From: Candidatus Latescibacterota bacterium
Lineage (GTDB): Bacteria > Latescibacterota > UBA2968 > UBA8231
Direction of reading: 5' to 3'
Assembly (NCBI GenBank): GCA_965203175.1
Contig: OZ241867.1
Span: 2,432,001-2,496,000 of the forward strand
DNA length: 64,000 bases
Shown: one piece after another, positions 28,465-37,174 of the stretch
Layout of the letters: every line of letters starts with the position of its first letter
Position numbering within the stretch: the stretch's first letter is position 1
Translations under genes and position numbers: made by a program
The notes under the pieces: generated by a model
Databases searched by the model: none
What the model saw: the letters and a program-made list of their open reading frames with translations, nothing else
Told to the model about the DNA's origin: nothing

Positions 28465-30588
28465 CTATTCGATTTTGACCATTTTGCGGGCGCGCGTCTG
28501 CTCGTCCACCTGCAACCGATACACATAGACCCCAGCGGCGACGGGGCGGCCCTGCGCGTCGCGGCCATCCCACGTCAGCTCGCGATCACCAATGGGTAGC
28601 GGACCCGTCCACACTTGGCGCAGCGGCTGTCCTAGGACGTTGTAGATGGTCAAGTTTACGTCCTTGGCTCCGTCGGGCACGGCTAGGGGGATGGTTGTGG
28701 CGGGATTGAACGGGTTGGGGTAGTTGGCACCGAGGGTAAAGGCTGTTGGCGTGGCTGCCGTCTCGCTGGTTGCGGCGGTGGCGGGGGTGCCTTGGTTGAT
28801 CAAGACGAAGACGCCGCCGTGGTCACTTCCGGGACTGGTTCCCAGCACGACCAGATCGGTGTCGCCATCGCCGTTGACATCGCTGGCGAGGATCTGACTG
28901 CCCTCGCCGGGCAGGGGGTAGTAGCCTTCGAGGACGGGTATGTCGTTGGGCTGGCCGAGCCACACCATCAGGGCCGGACCGACGGGCAAGTTGCCAGCGA
29001 CCATAGCCACATCGAGGAGTCCATCGCCGTTGAGGTCGCTGGCGGTGGCTGTGTGCGGCGAGAGCGCCTTCCAGTCGAGCAAGGAATGGCGCGTCCACCC
29101 GCCGGAGGCGTCCATCCGCCACAGGGCTAAGCCGTAGTAGTCGGTGCCGAAGTTCGTCTCTATGCGCTCGGGGGAGCCGAGTAGGTCCACCGTCCCATCG
29201 CCATCGAAATCGGCGATTAGGTGCAGGGCGGAGGGACGGACCGGACCCTCGACAGCGAGCGGCGGTTGTTGGACGGCTGCCCACGGCCGGGTCAATTGCC
29301 AGGGTTGGGGGTTGCAGAGTCGCTGCCGGCAGGGTGGAAACCAAAACAGGATGGCGGCTTCGCCGAGGGGTTGCCCGGCGCGCAGAATGGGAAAGTGATC
29401 CTCCTCGCTGTCGAGGGCGAATCTATCGCTACTGACAAAGCCGTAGCCGTCGTTGATCCACAAGGTCGCGTAATACGATGCGCCGTCGTACTCCATGACT
29501 ACGAGGTCCGCATCGCCGTCGCCATCGCCATCGGCCAAGCCAAGGAGCCAGACCTCGGACAGTTGCAGGATGGGATCAAATCCGTCGCCCCAGTTGTACC
29601 ATACTTCGACACTCCGGCCTTCATTAACGACCAGATCTAGGAGTCCATCGCCGTCGAAGTCGCTTCCCCGCAGGTCAATGAGTGGAGTGGAGTAACGAGA
29701 GAATGTGGATATGGTTGAGAGGGCGATCTCTTGAGTGGGTTCAAAGCGGCCTAGCCCGTCGTTGGACGCCACGATCCAGCCCACTTGTTCTATTTGTTTT
29801 TCGCGGTCTATGTTGCGCTCCCAAGCCACCACGAGATCGGCATCGCCATCGCCGTCCACGTCGCCCACTGCGCCGCGCGATACATCCGAGTCTGTGCCGA
29901 TAGGCCCTCCGAGGGAGAAAAAGTCGGGCGCGGCGAACAGCGTACCGGGCGGCCCCACTTCCACCGCGATATCCCTAGGCGACAATTCTCCCTGCGCCAA
30001 CTCTTCGGCCCCTGTAAGCTGGATACTGTCTATTTCTAAAAACGTCGGAGGGTTGTCCCAGTCCTGAGAGACCGTATATAAGAATATGGTTATAAGAAAA
30101 TTAAAGAGGGTATCTTGCCAGGTGACCGCCCGTTCTGAGTCTGCTGCCAAGGCGCGTAGATCTACGGTGATGTCTTCCCATTCGATGGGATAGCGTTGAG
30201 GACGTTCCTCGCGAAACCTCGCTCTATTTACGCTGTAGTCAGTGCGGCGGTTGTACTTGACATTGGACCAGTGCATCCAGAGGAACCCCTCGATGGGGCT
30301 ATGGTGTATGAGGCGCAGTCGCAGGGTGAGGCGATCGAATAGGGCCGAGTCTTCGCCAATCACCGGCGAGATCAATTGAACTTTGCTTGGATCAGGCACT
30401 AGCGCCATGCGCCAGACGCCATCGACGACTTCGCTGTGTAGTGGGGCGTTAGTGCCTTCTACATTGGCATCAATAGTAGTTGCCCGGGCGGTCCAGCCAT
30501 AGGTGGAGCCGTCGGCGAAATCCCATGTTAGGGCAACTACTCCGCGTGGAGCGACCAATAGCAAAATTACAAAGAGCGCGTAGCGCAT
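28465..30588 (-). CDS. FG-GAP repeat protein with T9SS type-A CTD, paralog FG2
   Basis: Start MRYALFVILLL at 30588; same architecture. Confidence 0.88.
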   Translation of the reverse strand: MRYALFVILLLVAPRGVVALTWDFADGSTYGWTARATTIDANVEGTNAPLHSEVVDGVWRMALVPDPSKVQLISPVIGEDSALFDRLTLRLRLIHHSPIEGFLWMHWSNVKYNRRTDYSVNRARFREERPQRYPIEWEDITVDLRALAADSERAVTWQDTLFNFLITIFLYTVSQDWDNPPTFLEIDSIQLTGAEELAQGELSPRDIAVEVGPPGTLFAAPDFFSLGGPIGTDSDVSRGAVGDVDGDGDADLVVAWERNIDREKQIEQVGWIVASNDGLGRFEPTQEIALSTISTFSRYSTPLIDLRGSDFDGDGLLDLVVNEGRSVEVWYNWGDGFDPILQLSEVWLLGLADGDGDGDADLVVMEYDGASYYATLWINDGYGFVSSDRFALDSEEDHFPILRAGQPLGEAAILFWFPPCRQRLCNPQPWQLTRPWAAVQQPPLAVEGPVRPSALHLIADFDGDGTVDLLGSPERIETNFGTDYYGLALWRMDASGGWTRHSLLDWKALSPHTATASDLNGDGLLDVAMVAGNLPVGPALMVWLGQPNDIPVLEGYYPLPGEGSQILASDVNGDGDTDLVVLGTSPGSDHGGVFVLINQGTPATAATSETAATPTAFTLGANYPNPFNPATTIPLAVPDGAKDVNLTIYNVLGQPLRQVWTGPLPIGDRELTWDGRDAQGRPVAAGVYVYRLQVDEQTRARKMVKIE

Positions 30589-30613
30589 AGTTTTTCTCCA
30601 GAGGTCGGCTCGT

Positions 30614-32698
30614 CTATTCGAGTTTGACCATCTTGCGGGCGTGCGTCTGTTCGTCCACCTGCAAGCGATACACATAGACTCCAGTGGCGACGGGTCGGCC
30701 CTGCGCGTCGCGGCCATCCCAAGTTAGCTGGTGTTCACCAGCGGACAACGGACCCGTCCACACTTGGCGCATCGGCTGTCCTAGGACGTTGTAGATGATT
30801 AAGTCCACGTTCTCGGCTCCGGCGGACACGGTTAAGGGGATGGTCGTGGTGGGGTTGAATGGGTTGGGGTAGTTGGCACCTAACGAAAAGGCCGTTGGTG
30901 TGGCCGCTGTCTCGCTGGCTACGGCTGTGGCTGGGGTGCCTTGGTTGATCAAGACGAAGACTCCGCCGTGGCTGCTTCCGGGACTGGTTCCCAGTACGAC
31001 CAGATCGGTGTCGCCATCGCCGTTGACATCGCTGGAGAAGACCTGACTGCCCTCGCCGGGCAGGGGATAGTAGCCTTCGAGGACAGGTACTCCGTTGCGC
31101 TGGCTGAGCAATACCGCCAGTGCCGAACCGACGGTCAAGTTGCCAGCAACCATGGCCACATCCAGCACGCCATCGCCGTTGAGGTCGCTGGCGGTGGCCA
31201 CTGACGGGAAGACGTTCCAGTCGAGTAAGGAGTCGCGTGTCCACCCTCCGGAGGAGTCCAGACGCCATAGAGCCAAGCCGTAGTAGTCAGTGGCACTCAA
31301 GAAGGTCCCTATACTCTTGGGGGAGCCGAGCAGATCCACCATCCCATTTCCATTGAGGTCGGCCAGTAGGTGTAGGGCGCAGGGATTGACCTCGGCCTCA
31401 AAAGAGAGCGGCGATTCTTGGACGGTCGCCCACGGCCGGGTCAGTTGCCAAGGGCCTGGCGACTGATAACATGGTAGGTTCCACAACAGGCTCACGGCTT
31501 CACCTAGGGGTTGCCCGGCGAGTAAGTAGGGGCGCTCCTCCTCTATACCGAAGACGAGTGTATCGCCGTGGGCAAAGTCGTAGCCGTCATTGAGCCACAG
31601 GGTCACGTAATACGATTCGCCGTCATATCCCTGAACTAACAGGTCCACATCGCCGTCGCCGTCGCCATCGGCCAAGCCAGCGAGCCCGCCGGACAGTTCC
31701 CGGAAGGGATCAAAGCTGCCACCCCAGTTGTACCACAGTTCGACAATCCCGCCTTCGGAAACGGCCAGATCTAGGAGTCCATCGCCGTCGAAGTCGCTTC
31801 CCCGGAGGTCAATGGAGTGATCAAAATAGGGTGTAGTTAAGAGGGGTACTTCTCCGGTGGGTTCAAAACCGCCTAGTCCGTCGTTGGACGCCACAGTCCA
31901 GCCCAGTTGTCTTTCGCCGTCCATAGGGCGGTTCCAGATCGCTACGAGATCTGCATCGCCATCGCCGTCCACATCGCCTACCGCGCCGCGCGAGTCTCGC
32001 GGATAGTATCGCCGACTGTCTGGGGTTCCGATGCCCTCCCCGAGGGGAAAAAAGTCGGGTTCGGCAAACAGCGTGCCGGGCGATCCTAACTCCGCAGGAA
32101 TATCCTCAGGCGACAATTCTCCCCGTGCCAACTCTTCGGCTCCCGTTAGCTGGATCCAGTCTATTTCTAAAAACTTTGGATGATTGTCCACGTCCTGCGA
32201 GTCTCGGTATAACATCATGTCTAAATGAAAAATAAAGAGGGTATCCTGCCAGGAGATCTCGCGGTCTGGGTCTGCTGCCAGGGCGCGTAGATCTATGGTG
32301 ATTTCTTCCCATTCGATGGAATAGGGTTGAAGATGTTCCCTTGCACCTTTAGGGCGGCGTCTGGTATCAGCATTGGACCAGACCATCGAGAATGGCCCTT
32401 CGGTGGGGCTATGGTGGATGAGGCGTAGCCGGAGGGTGAGGCGGTCGAATAGGGCCGAATCTTTGCCGATCAACGGCGAGGTCAATCGAGCGGTGGGTCT
32501 TCCACCAGGAGTTGGCGCAATGCGCCAGACACCATCGATGATTTCGCTTTGCAATGGGGTGCTAGTATGTCCATTGCTATATTGAGAACTTTCCCGGGCG
32601 GTCCAGCCCCAAGTGGAGCCGTCGGCGAAATCCCACGTTAGGGCAAAGGCCCCAAGAGGAACTGTCAACGACAAAACGGCAAAGAGAAAACAGCGCAT
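30614..32698 (-). CDS. FG-GAP repeat protein with T9SS type-A CTD, paralog FG1
   Basis: Start MRCFLFAVLSL at 32698 with AGGTGA SD; same architecture. Confidence 0.88.
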   Translation of the reverse strand: MRCFLFAVLSLTVPLGAFALTWDFADGSTWGWTARESSQYSNGHTSTPLQSEIIDGVWRIAPTPGGRPTARLTSPLIGKDSALFDRLTLRLRLIHHSPTEGPFSMVWSNADTRRRPKGAREHLQPYSIEWEEITIDLRALAADPDREISWQDTLFIFHLDMMLYRDSQDVDNHPKFLEIDWIQLTGAEELARGELSPEDIPAELGSPGTLFAEPDFFPLGEGIGTPDSRRYYPRDSRGAVGDVDGDGDADLVAIWNRPMDGERQLGWTVASNDGLGGFEPTGEVPLLTTPYFDHSIDLRGSDFDGDGLLDLAVSEGGIVELWYNWGGSFDPFRELSGGLAGLADGDGDGDVDLLVQGYDGESYYVTLWLNDGYDFAHGDTLVFGIEEERPYLLAGQPLGEAVSLLWNLPCYQSPGPWQLTRPWATVQESPLSFEAEVNPCALHLLADLNGNGMVDLLGSPKSIGTFLSATDYYGLALWRLDSSGGWTRDSLLDWNVFPSVATASDLNGDGVLDVAMVAGNLTVGSALAVLLSQRNGVPVLEGYYPLPGEGSQVFSSDVNGDGDTDLVVLGTSPGSSHGGVFVLINQGTPATAVASETAATPTAFSLGANYPNPFNPTTTIPLTVSAGAENVDLIIYNVLGQPMRQVWTGPLSAGEHQLTWDGRDAQGRPVATGVYVYRLQVDEQTHARKMVKLE

Positions 32699-32754
32699 GG
32701 GATCACCTATAGGGTTTTTGGTCGTTTTGATGCTCTGTCCGTCAACAAGATACT

Positions 32755-32770
32755 TGCACATTTCGTGCCA
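32755..32770 (-). promoter_or_regulatory. sigma54 -24/-12 promoter upstream of FG1
   Basis: TGGCACG-AAAT-GTGCA, one mismatch to consensus, correct GG-N10-GC spacing. Confidence 0.75.
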
Positions 32771-32891
32771 CGTACCATGCCTCGCACAAAAAAATCCTTT
32801 AGGATCGACCTAAAGGATTGAAAAATAGGACACTTAAAATAATATAGTGAGGCTTTCTCAAGGTGTCGCCTCAGCCGTCGGTGCAAGGTTT

Positions 32892-32950
32892 TCCACGTTT
32901 TTTCGTGGATTTTCCACGACTTTACGTGGACTTCCACGACTTTCCGTGTT
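32892..32950. promoter_or_regulatory. Three tandem palindromic TCCACG-N6-CGTGGA sites, candidate bEBP enhancer
   Basis: Sites at 32892 and 32913 are perfect palindromes, 32933 is imperfect; about 150-205 bp upstream of the predicted sigma54 TSS. Confidence 0.7.
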
Positions 32951-33010
32951 GGCCACGCCAGTATCGGCTCTAAGAAGTTGTTGAGTTGGTAATCGTTATC
33001 GCGGCGATGC

Positions 33011-35923
33011 TCACAGCACCTTGACCGGCGTCAGCCAATTGTCGCGCGCAGCCGACGCCGCAGCAATCGCGTCTGCCGACCCCAATACCGCGACCCGGCC
33101 CGCTGCGCCGACTTGATCCAGCACCGCGGCAAACTCCGCAAAGTGCTCGGCCTTGGTGCCCAAGACTTGGTAGCGCATTTGCTGGCGATAGTCGTCGTCA
33201 ATGCCGGTCAGGTAGCGCATTAGCGAGGCGTAGCCCTTGGCGTCGGGGAGCTGGTAGGCGTCGATGTCGCCGATAGTGCCGATGATGGCCTTGGTCAGCT
33301 CATCGCTGCTGATTGGATAGTCGCGCAAGAAGGATCCGCTCTGGTTGTACACTTGTAGCGTCTCCAGCAAGTTGGGGTCGCGGTAAGACGCGTACGCGAA
33401 TACGCCGGTAAACGGGTCGAGGGAGCAAAAGGCCCCGTAGGCCCCACCTTGGACTCGCACCCGATCCCAGAGCCAAGTGGTGGCCAAGTAGCGCGTGATG
33501 ACGGCCGACGACCCGTCCAATTCGTAGCCGAGCGCGAAGAGGTTGGCCGCCTTGCCCACGTAGTTGACTTGGGCGGGGACGGTCAGGCCCTCGTCGGCCG
33601 CGGTCAGGCTCGGCGTCCAAGTTGCGGGCGAGTGAGCTTCTTGCGGCAACTCGCGCAGCAGCGCTGCTAGGCTCTGGTCGCATGCGGCGCGGTCGCCGCC
33701 GGCCACGGTCGCGTTGCACAGCATGCCCGGCCGGTTGACCAGCAGGGCGCGGATCTGCTCCAGCCGCGCCTGCACTGCTGGCCAGTCGCCGCGGATGTCT
33801 TCGATGAGCTGTCGCAAGAAGAACAGATAGCTCAAGCCGCGCATCTGCTCTGCAAGCCAGCCGGTCTCGTCGAATTGCGCGCGCAGCCGCGTTAATACCA
33901 CTCGGTGACCGCCCGGCACTAGCCCGGCCTCTGCGCTGGCCCGCTCTTCTAAGGCCATCTGCAAGAAGCGCTCCTGATCGTCGAGGCGGCCCTCCAGCAG
34001 CACGTCGCGCACAATCGCCGTCAGGTCGGCGACCCGTTCGGCCATGGCCTTGCCGCGCAAGAAGAGGTACGCCGCGGCCGGCCCGCCGCTGGGACGCGCC
34101 CCCACTAGTGAATGGGCACTCAGGCCGCCAGTTTGGCTGCCGATCCGCTGTTGCAGCTCGACGAAACTCATGCGCTTGGTGCCCATCTCCAGCAGGGCGC
34201 GGCCAAAGAGCGGGACATAGGGCACAAGCTCCTGGGGCAACACACGCAGATTATAGCCCACGTCGAGATAGGCAATGCCATTGGTGAAGAGGTCGTGGTG
34301 GAGCACTGGCACCCCGGCGATTTGGTCCTCTTGCCGAGGCACGGTCTTGATCGATTTGTCGAGGTCGCTCAGTTGCAGGCGGGGCAGCTTGGCCAGGTCC
34401 TCGGGCGAGTCGGGTTGTTCTTGCAGGTGCTTGAGCTTTTCGGTGGACGCGACTAGTTCCTCTAAATCCGCGTGGCTCATGCGCTCTCGGGCTTCTGCTA
34501 GGCGCGTGGTCTCTTCTTCCTCCAGCCGCGTCCCCAGCTCGGCATCGGGCTGCAGGACCACGGTCGTGCGGTGCGCGTTGTCTAAGAGGTGGCGTTGGAT
34601 CAGTCCCTCTAGATAGCGGTCGTCCGCCGTTAGTTTGGCCTTGAGCGCGGCGAAGGAGTCGGCAAAGCGCAAAGGCGTGAAGGGGTCGCGGTCGTAGAGC
34701 CAGTTGGTCAACAGCCGCAGCATCAGCCCCAGGCCGCGCGGAAAAGACCCGGTGTTGTTTTCCCGAAAGCGAAACTCCGCGGTGTGCAGCGCGGCCGCGA
34801 CCATCCCTTGGTCGATGCCGCCGTCCGCTAGCTCGCCGAGGTGCTGCAAGATCAGGGCTTCGACCGCATGGGTATCGCCCTGTTGCACGCCCTTGAGGCC
34901 CACGCTGAAGAACATTTGCGCCAATTCGACCTCTAGCCCGCTGCCGGTCAAATCTTCGCCCAGCCCGGAGTCAATCAGGGCCTTGCGCAGCGGGGATCCC
35001 GGGGTGCCAAGCAGCGCATGTTCGAGCACTTGGAGGGCACGGCGCTCGTCAGCGTCAATCGCATCTTGCAACAGCCAAGCAAGCACGACAAAGCACTTTG
35101 GCTCTTCGACCGCGTCTGGATCGACCGCATAGGGAAATTGCTGCCGCTTGGGCGCGGCAAAGCGCGGCTGGGTCCCGATGGTCGAGTCAACGGAATGCGC
35201 CTCGTAGTCGCTTAGATAGTCGTGCAACAGCGCGAGGCGCTGCTCGGGGTCGTCGTCACCGTAGAAGTAGATGCGGGCATTGGACGGGTGGTAAAAGTCG
35301 TCGTGGAAGCGCTTGAACTGGTCAAAGGTGAGGGCCGGGATGTGGCGCGGGTCGCCGCCGGAATCCACGCCGTAGGTGGTGTCGGGGAAGATGGATTGCT
35401 GGATGCGCTCGTCTAGGATACTCTCGGGATCGGAATACGCGCCTTTCATTTCGTTGAAGACCACGCCTTTGTAGCGCAGCGGATCGCCGGGGTCTTCTAG
35501 CTCGTAGTGCCAGCCTTCCTGTTGCAGGACTTCCGGCGTCAGCCTTGGGTAGAAGACGGCGTCAAGGTACACGTCGATCAGGTTGTAGAAATCCTGCACG
35601 TTGGTACTGGCGACCGGGTAGCAGGTTTTGTCTGGATAGGTGAAGGCGTTGAGGAAGGTGTTGAGCGAGCCTTTGATCAGCTCGACAAACGGCTCCTTGA
35701 CAGGGTATTTGCGCGAGCCACACAGCACGGAGTGTTCGAGGATATGGGCAATGCCGGTCGAATCGGCCGGCGGGGTGCGGAAGTTGATGCCAAAGACCTT
35801 GTTTTCGTCGTCGTTGATTAGCGAGACGATCTCGCAGCCGGTGCGGTGCTGGTAGAGCAAGGCGCGGGTATTGAGTTCGGGAATTTCTTCGTCGCGCAGC
35901 AATTCAAAATCGCGGCGATCCAT
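33011..35923 (-). CDS. M16C metallopeptidase (presequence protease/insulinase family)
   Basis: HILEHSVLCGSRKYP (HxxEH), FLNAFTYPDKT, GVVFNEMKG, RVQGGAYG, SYRDP. Confidence 0.95.
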   Translation of the reverse strand: MDRRDFELLRDEEIPELNTRALLYQHRTGCEIVSLINDDENKVFGINFRTPPADSTGIAHILEHSVLCGSRKYPVKEPFVELIKGSLNTFLNAFTYPDKTCYPVASTNVQDFYNLIDVYLDAVFYPRLTPEVLQQEGWHYELEDPGDPLRYKGVVFNEMKGAYSDPESILDERIQQSIFPDTTYGVDSGGDPRHIPALTFDQFKRFHDDFYHPSNARIYFYGDDDPEQRLALLHDYLSDYEAHSVDSTIGTQPRFAAPKRQQFPYAVDPDAVEEPKCFVVLAWLLQDAIDADERRALQVLEHALLGTPGSPLRKALIDSGLGEDLTGSGLEVELAQMFFSVGLKGVQQGDTHAVEALILQHLGELADGGIDQGMVAAALHTAEFRFRENNTGSFPRGLGLMLRLLTNWLYDRDPFTPLRFADSFAALKAKLTADDRYLEGLIQRHLLDNAHRTTVVLQPDAELGTRLEEEETTRLAEARERMSHADLEELVASTEKLKHLQEQPDSPEDLAKLPRLQLSDLDKSIKTVPRQEDQIAGVPVLHHDLFTNGIAYLDVGYNLRVLPQELVPYVPLFGRALLEMGTKRMSFVELQQRIGSQTGGLSAHSLVGARPSGGPAAAYLFLRGKAMAERVADLTAIVRDVLLEGRLDDQERFLQMALEERASAEAGLVPGGHRVVLTRLRAQFDETGWLAEQMRGLSYLFFLRQLIEDIRGDWPAVQARLEQIRALLVNRPGMLCNATVAGGDRAACDQSLAALLRELPQEAHSPATWTPSLTAADEGLTVPAQVNYVGKAANLFALGYELDGSSAVITRYLATTWLWDRVRVQGGAYGAFCSLDPFTGVFAYASYRDPNLLETLQVYNQSGSFLRDYPISSDELTKAIIGTIGDIDAYQLPDAKGYASLMRYLTGIDDDYRQQMRYQVLGTKAEHFAEFAAVLDQVGAAGRVAVLGSADAIAAASAARDNWLTPVKVL

Positions 35924-36010
35924 GGGGTCTCCTTTGTGGTGTATATAGAAAAAACTAGCGGGCAAACATATTGGCGGCGCGGGTTTTTATCAAGGAAAAT
36001 GGTGCCGCGT

Positions 36011-37168
36011 TCACGGCAGGGCGATTTTGCCGAGGACGACCGGGCGCTGTGCGCGGGTGACGGCTGGGATATTGCCGGTGCGGCCCATCAGCGTCTCGTT
36101 GGCAAGCACTGCGAAGGAGAGCGCCTCGCGCGCGTCTGGATCGACGCCTAGGTCGGCTAGCGACTTCACTGCTATATCTGGCAGTGCGTGTTGCAATCCG
36201 GCCATGATGCGCGGATTGTGGACGCCGCCGCCGCCGACCCAGAGCTTGGCGAACTCGCCGGGGCAGAAGCGGCGAATGCCCTCGGCAATGGATTGCACGG
36301 TAAAGGCGGTCAGCGTGGCGATCAGGTCGTCGTCGCTCCACGTGCCGCGGCGGAGAATTTCCGCGAGGAAAGGCTCGCCAAATTCCTCGCGCCCCGTGGA
36401 TTTGGGCGGCTCGCGCTGCAAGAAGCTGGTGCGCATCAGCTCGGCCAATAGGGTTTCATCGACGCGCCCGCGCGCCGCTCGTTCGCCCCCTCGGTCGAAG
36501 TGCTCGCGGCCCTCGGTGCAGTGCGCCACTGCTGCGTCGATGAGCATGTTGCCCGGTCCTAGGTCAAAGGCCCGTACTGCGCTGGCATCGGCGTTGGGCG
36601 GCAGGGCCGTGATGTTGGCGATTCCGCCGATATTGAGCAACAGACGTCTCTCGTGCCCGGCAAAGAGCAGGTGATCTACTAGGGGTATCAGCGGTGCGCC
36701 CTCGCCGCCGACGGCCATGTCAGCCGCGCGAAAGTCCGCAATGGTCACTGCGCCCGTGCGCGCGGCAATGACGGCTGGCTCGCCAATCTGCAAGGTGGCC
36801 CCGCTAGCTGGCAGATGGCGCACGGTCTGCCCGTGCGAGCCGATCAGGTCGATGGATTCGGGACTGAGCTTGGCCTGCTCGACTGCGGCTAGGGCCGCTA
36901 TTGCAAACGCCTCGCCGAGGGCGAAGTTGACCCGGCACAGCGCGTCGAGCGACGCATCCTCGGCAAAGAGGGCGAACACCTCGCGCCGCAAGTCGCTGGG
37001 CAGTGGTGTGGTGTTAAAGGACAAGATTTCGTAGCGCGTGGATTCGCCACAGCCCCACAGATCAACCAGCACGGCGTCGATCCCGTCGGCCGAGGTGCCG
37101 GACATTAGCCCGACGACCCGACGTCGTTTTTTGGCGGCCAGTTCCGCCAGCCTCAACTGCGCAGGCAT
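36011..37168 (-). CDS. anmK: Anhydro-N-acetylmuramic acid kinase
   Basis: GLMSGTSADGID, GSHGQTVRH, DFR..D...GGEGAPL, NIGGIAN, FDLGPGN, PKSTGRE. Confidence 0.95.
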   Translation of the reverse strand: MPAQLRLAELAAKKRRRVVGLMSGTSADGIDAVLVDLWGCGESTRYEILSFNTTPLPSDLRREVFALFAEDASLDALCRVNFALGEAFAIAALAAVEQAKLSPESIDLIGSHGQTVRHLPASGATLQIGEPAVIAARTGAVTIADFRAADMAVGGEGAPLIPLVDHLLFAGHERRLLLNIGGIANITALPPNADASAVRAFDLGPGNMLIDAAVAHCTEGREHFDRGGERAARGRVDETLLAELMRTSFLQREPPKSTGREEFGEPFLAEILRRGTWSDDDLIATLTAFTVQSIAEGIRRFCPGEFAKLWVGGGGVHNPRIMAGLQHALPDIAVKSLADLGVDPDAREALSFAVLANETLMGRTGNIPAVTRAQRPVVLGKIALP

Positions 37169-37174
37169 TGCTAA

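Larger units (their letters stand above)
32699..32960. repeat. Copy 1 of duplicated upstream regulatory region
   Basis: Aligns by eye with 28111..28363. Confidence 0.9.

Noticed and set aside
28262-28573. 103-aa ORF
   Set aside because: Composite of an FG2 alternative frame, the B1 remnant and the enhancer repeats.
21759-32698. Diversity-generating retroelement acting on the FG paralogs
   Set aside because: No reverse transcriptase or template repeat in the window; variable segments differ by indels and are spread through the gene, unlike adenine-specific DGR mutagenesis.
32892-32950. Short direct repeats as a mini CRISPR array or iterons
   Set aside because: Period is only 20-21 bp with no unique spacers and no cas or rep genes; position upstream of a sigma54 box fits protein-binding sites.
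3827-33000. tRNA-anchored genomic island or prophage
   Set aside because: No integrase, transposase or phage genes, and I saw no duplicated tRNA 3' end (not exhaustively searched).
1431-35965. N-terminal extensions in the ORF track (1589, 2895, 17529, 21906, 30717, 32761, 35965)
   Set aside because: They overlap upstream genes, terminators or promoters; downstream starts give proper SD sequences and signal peptides.
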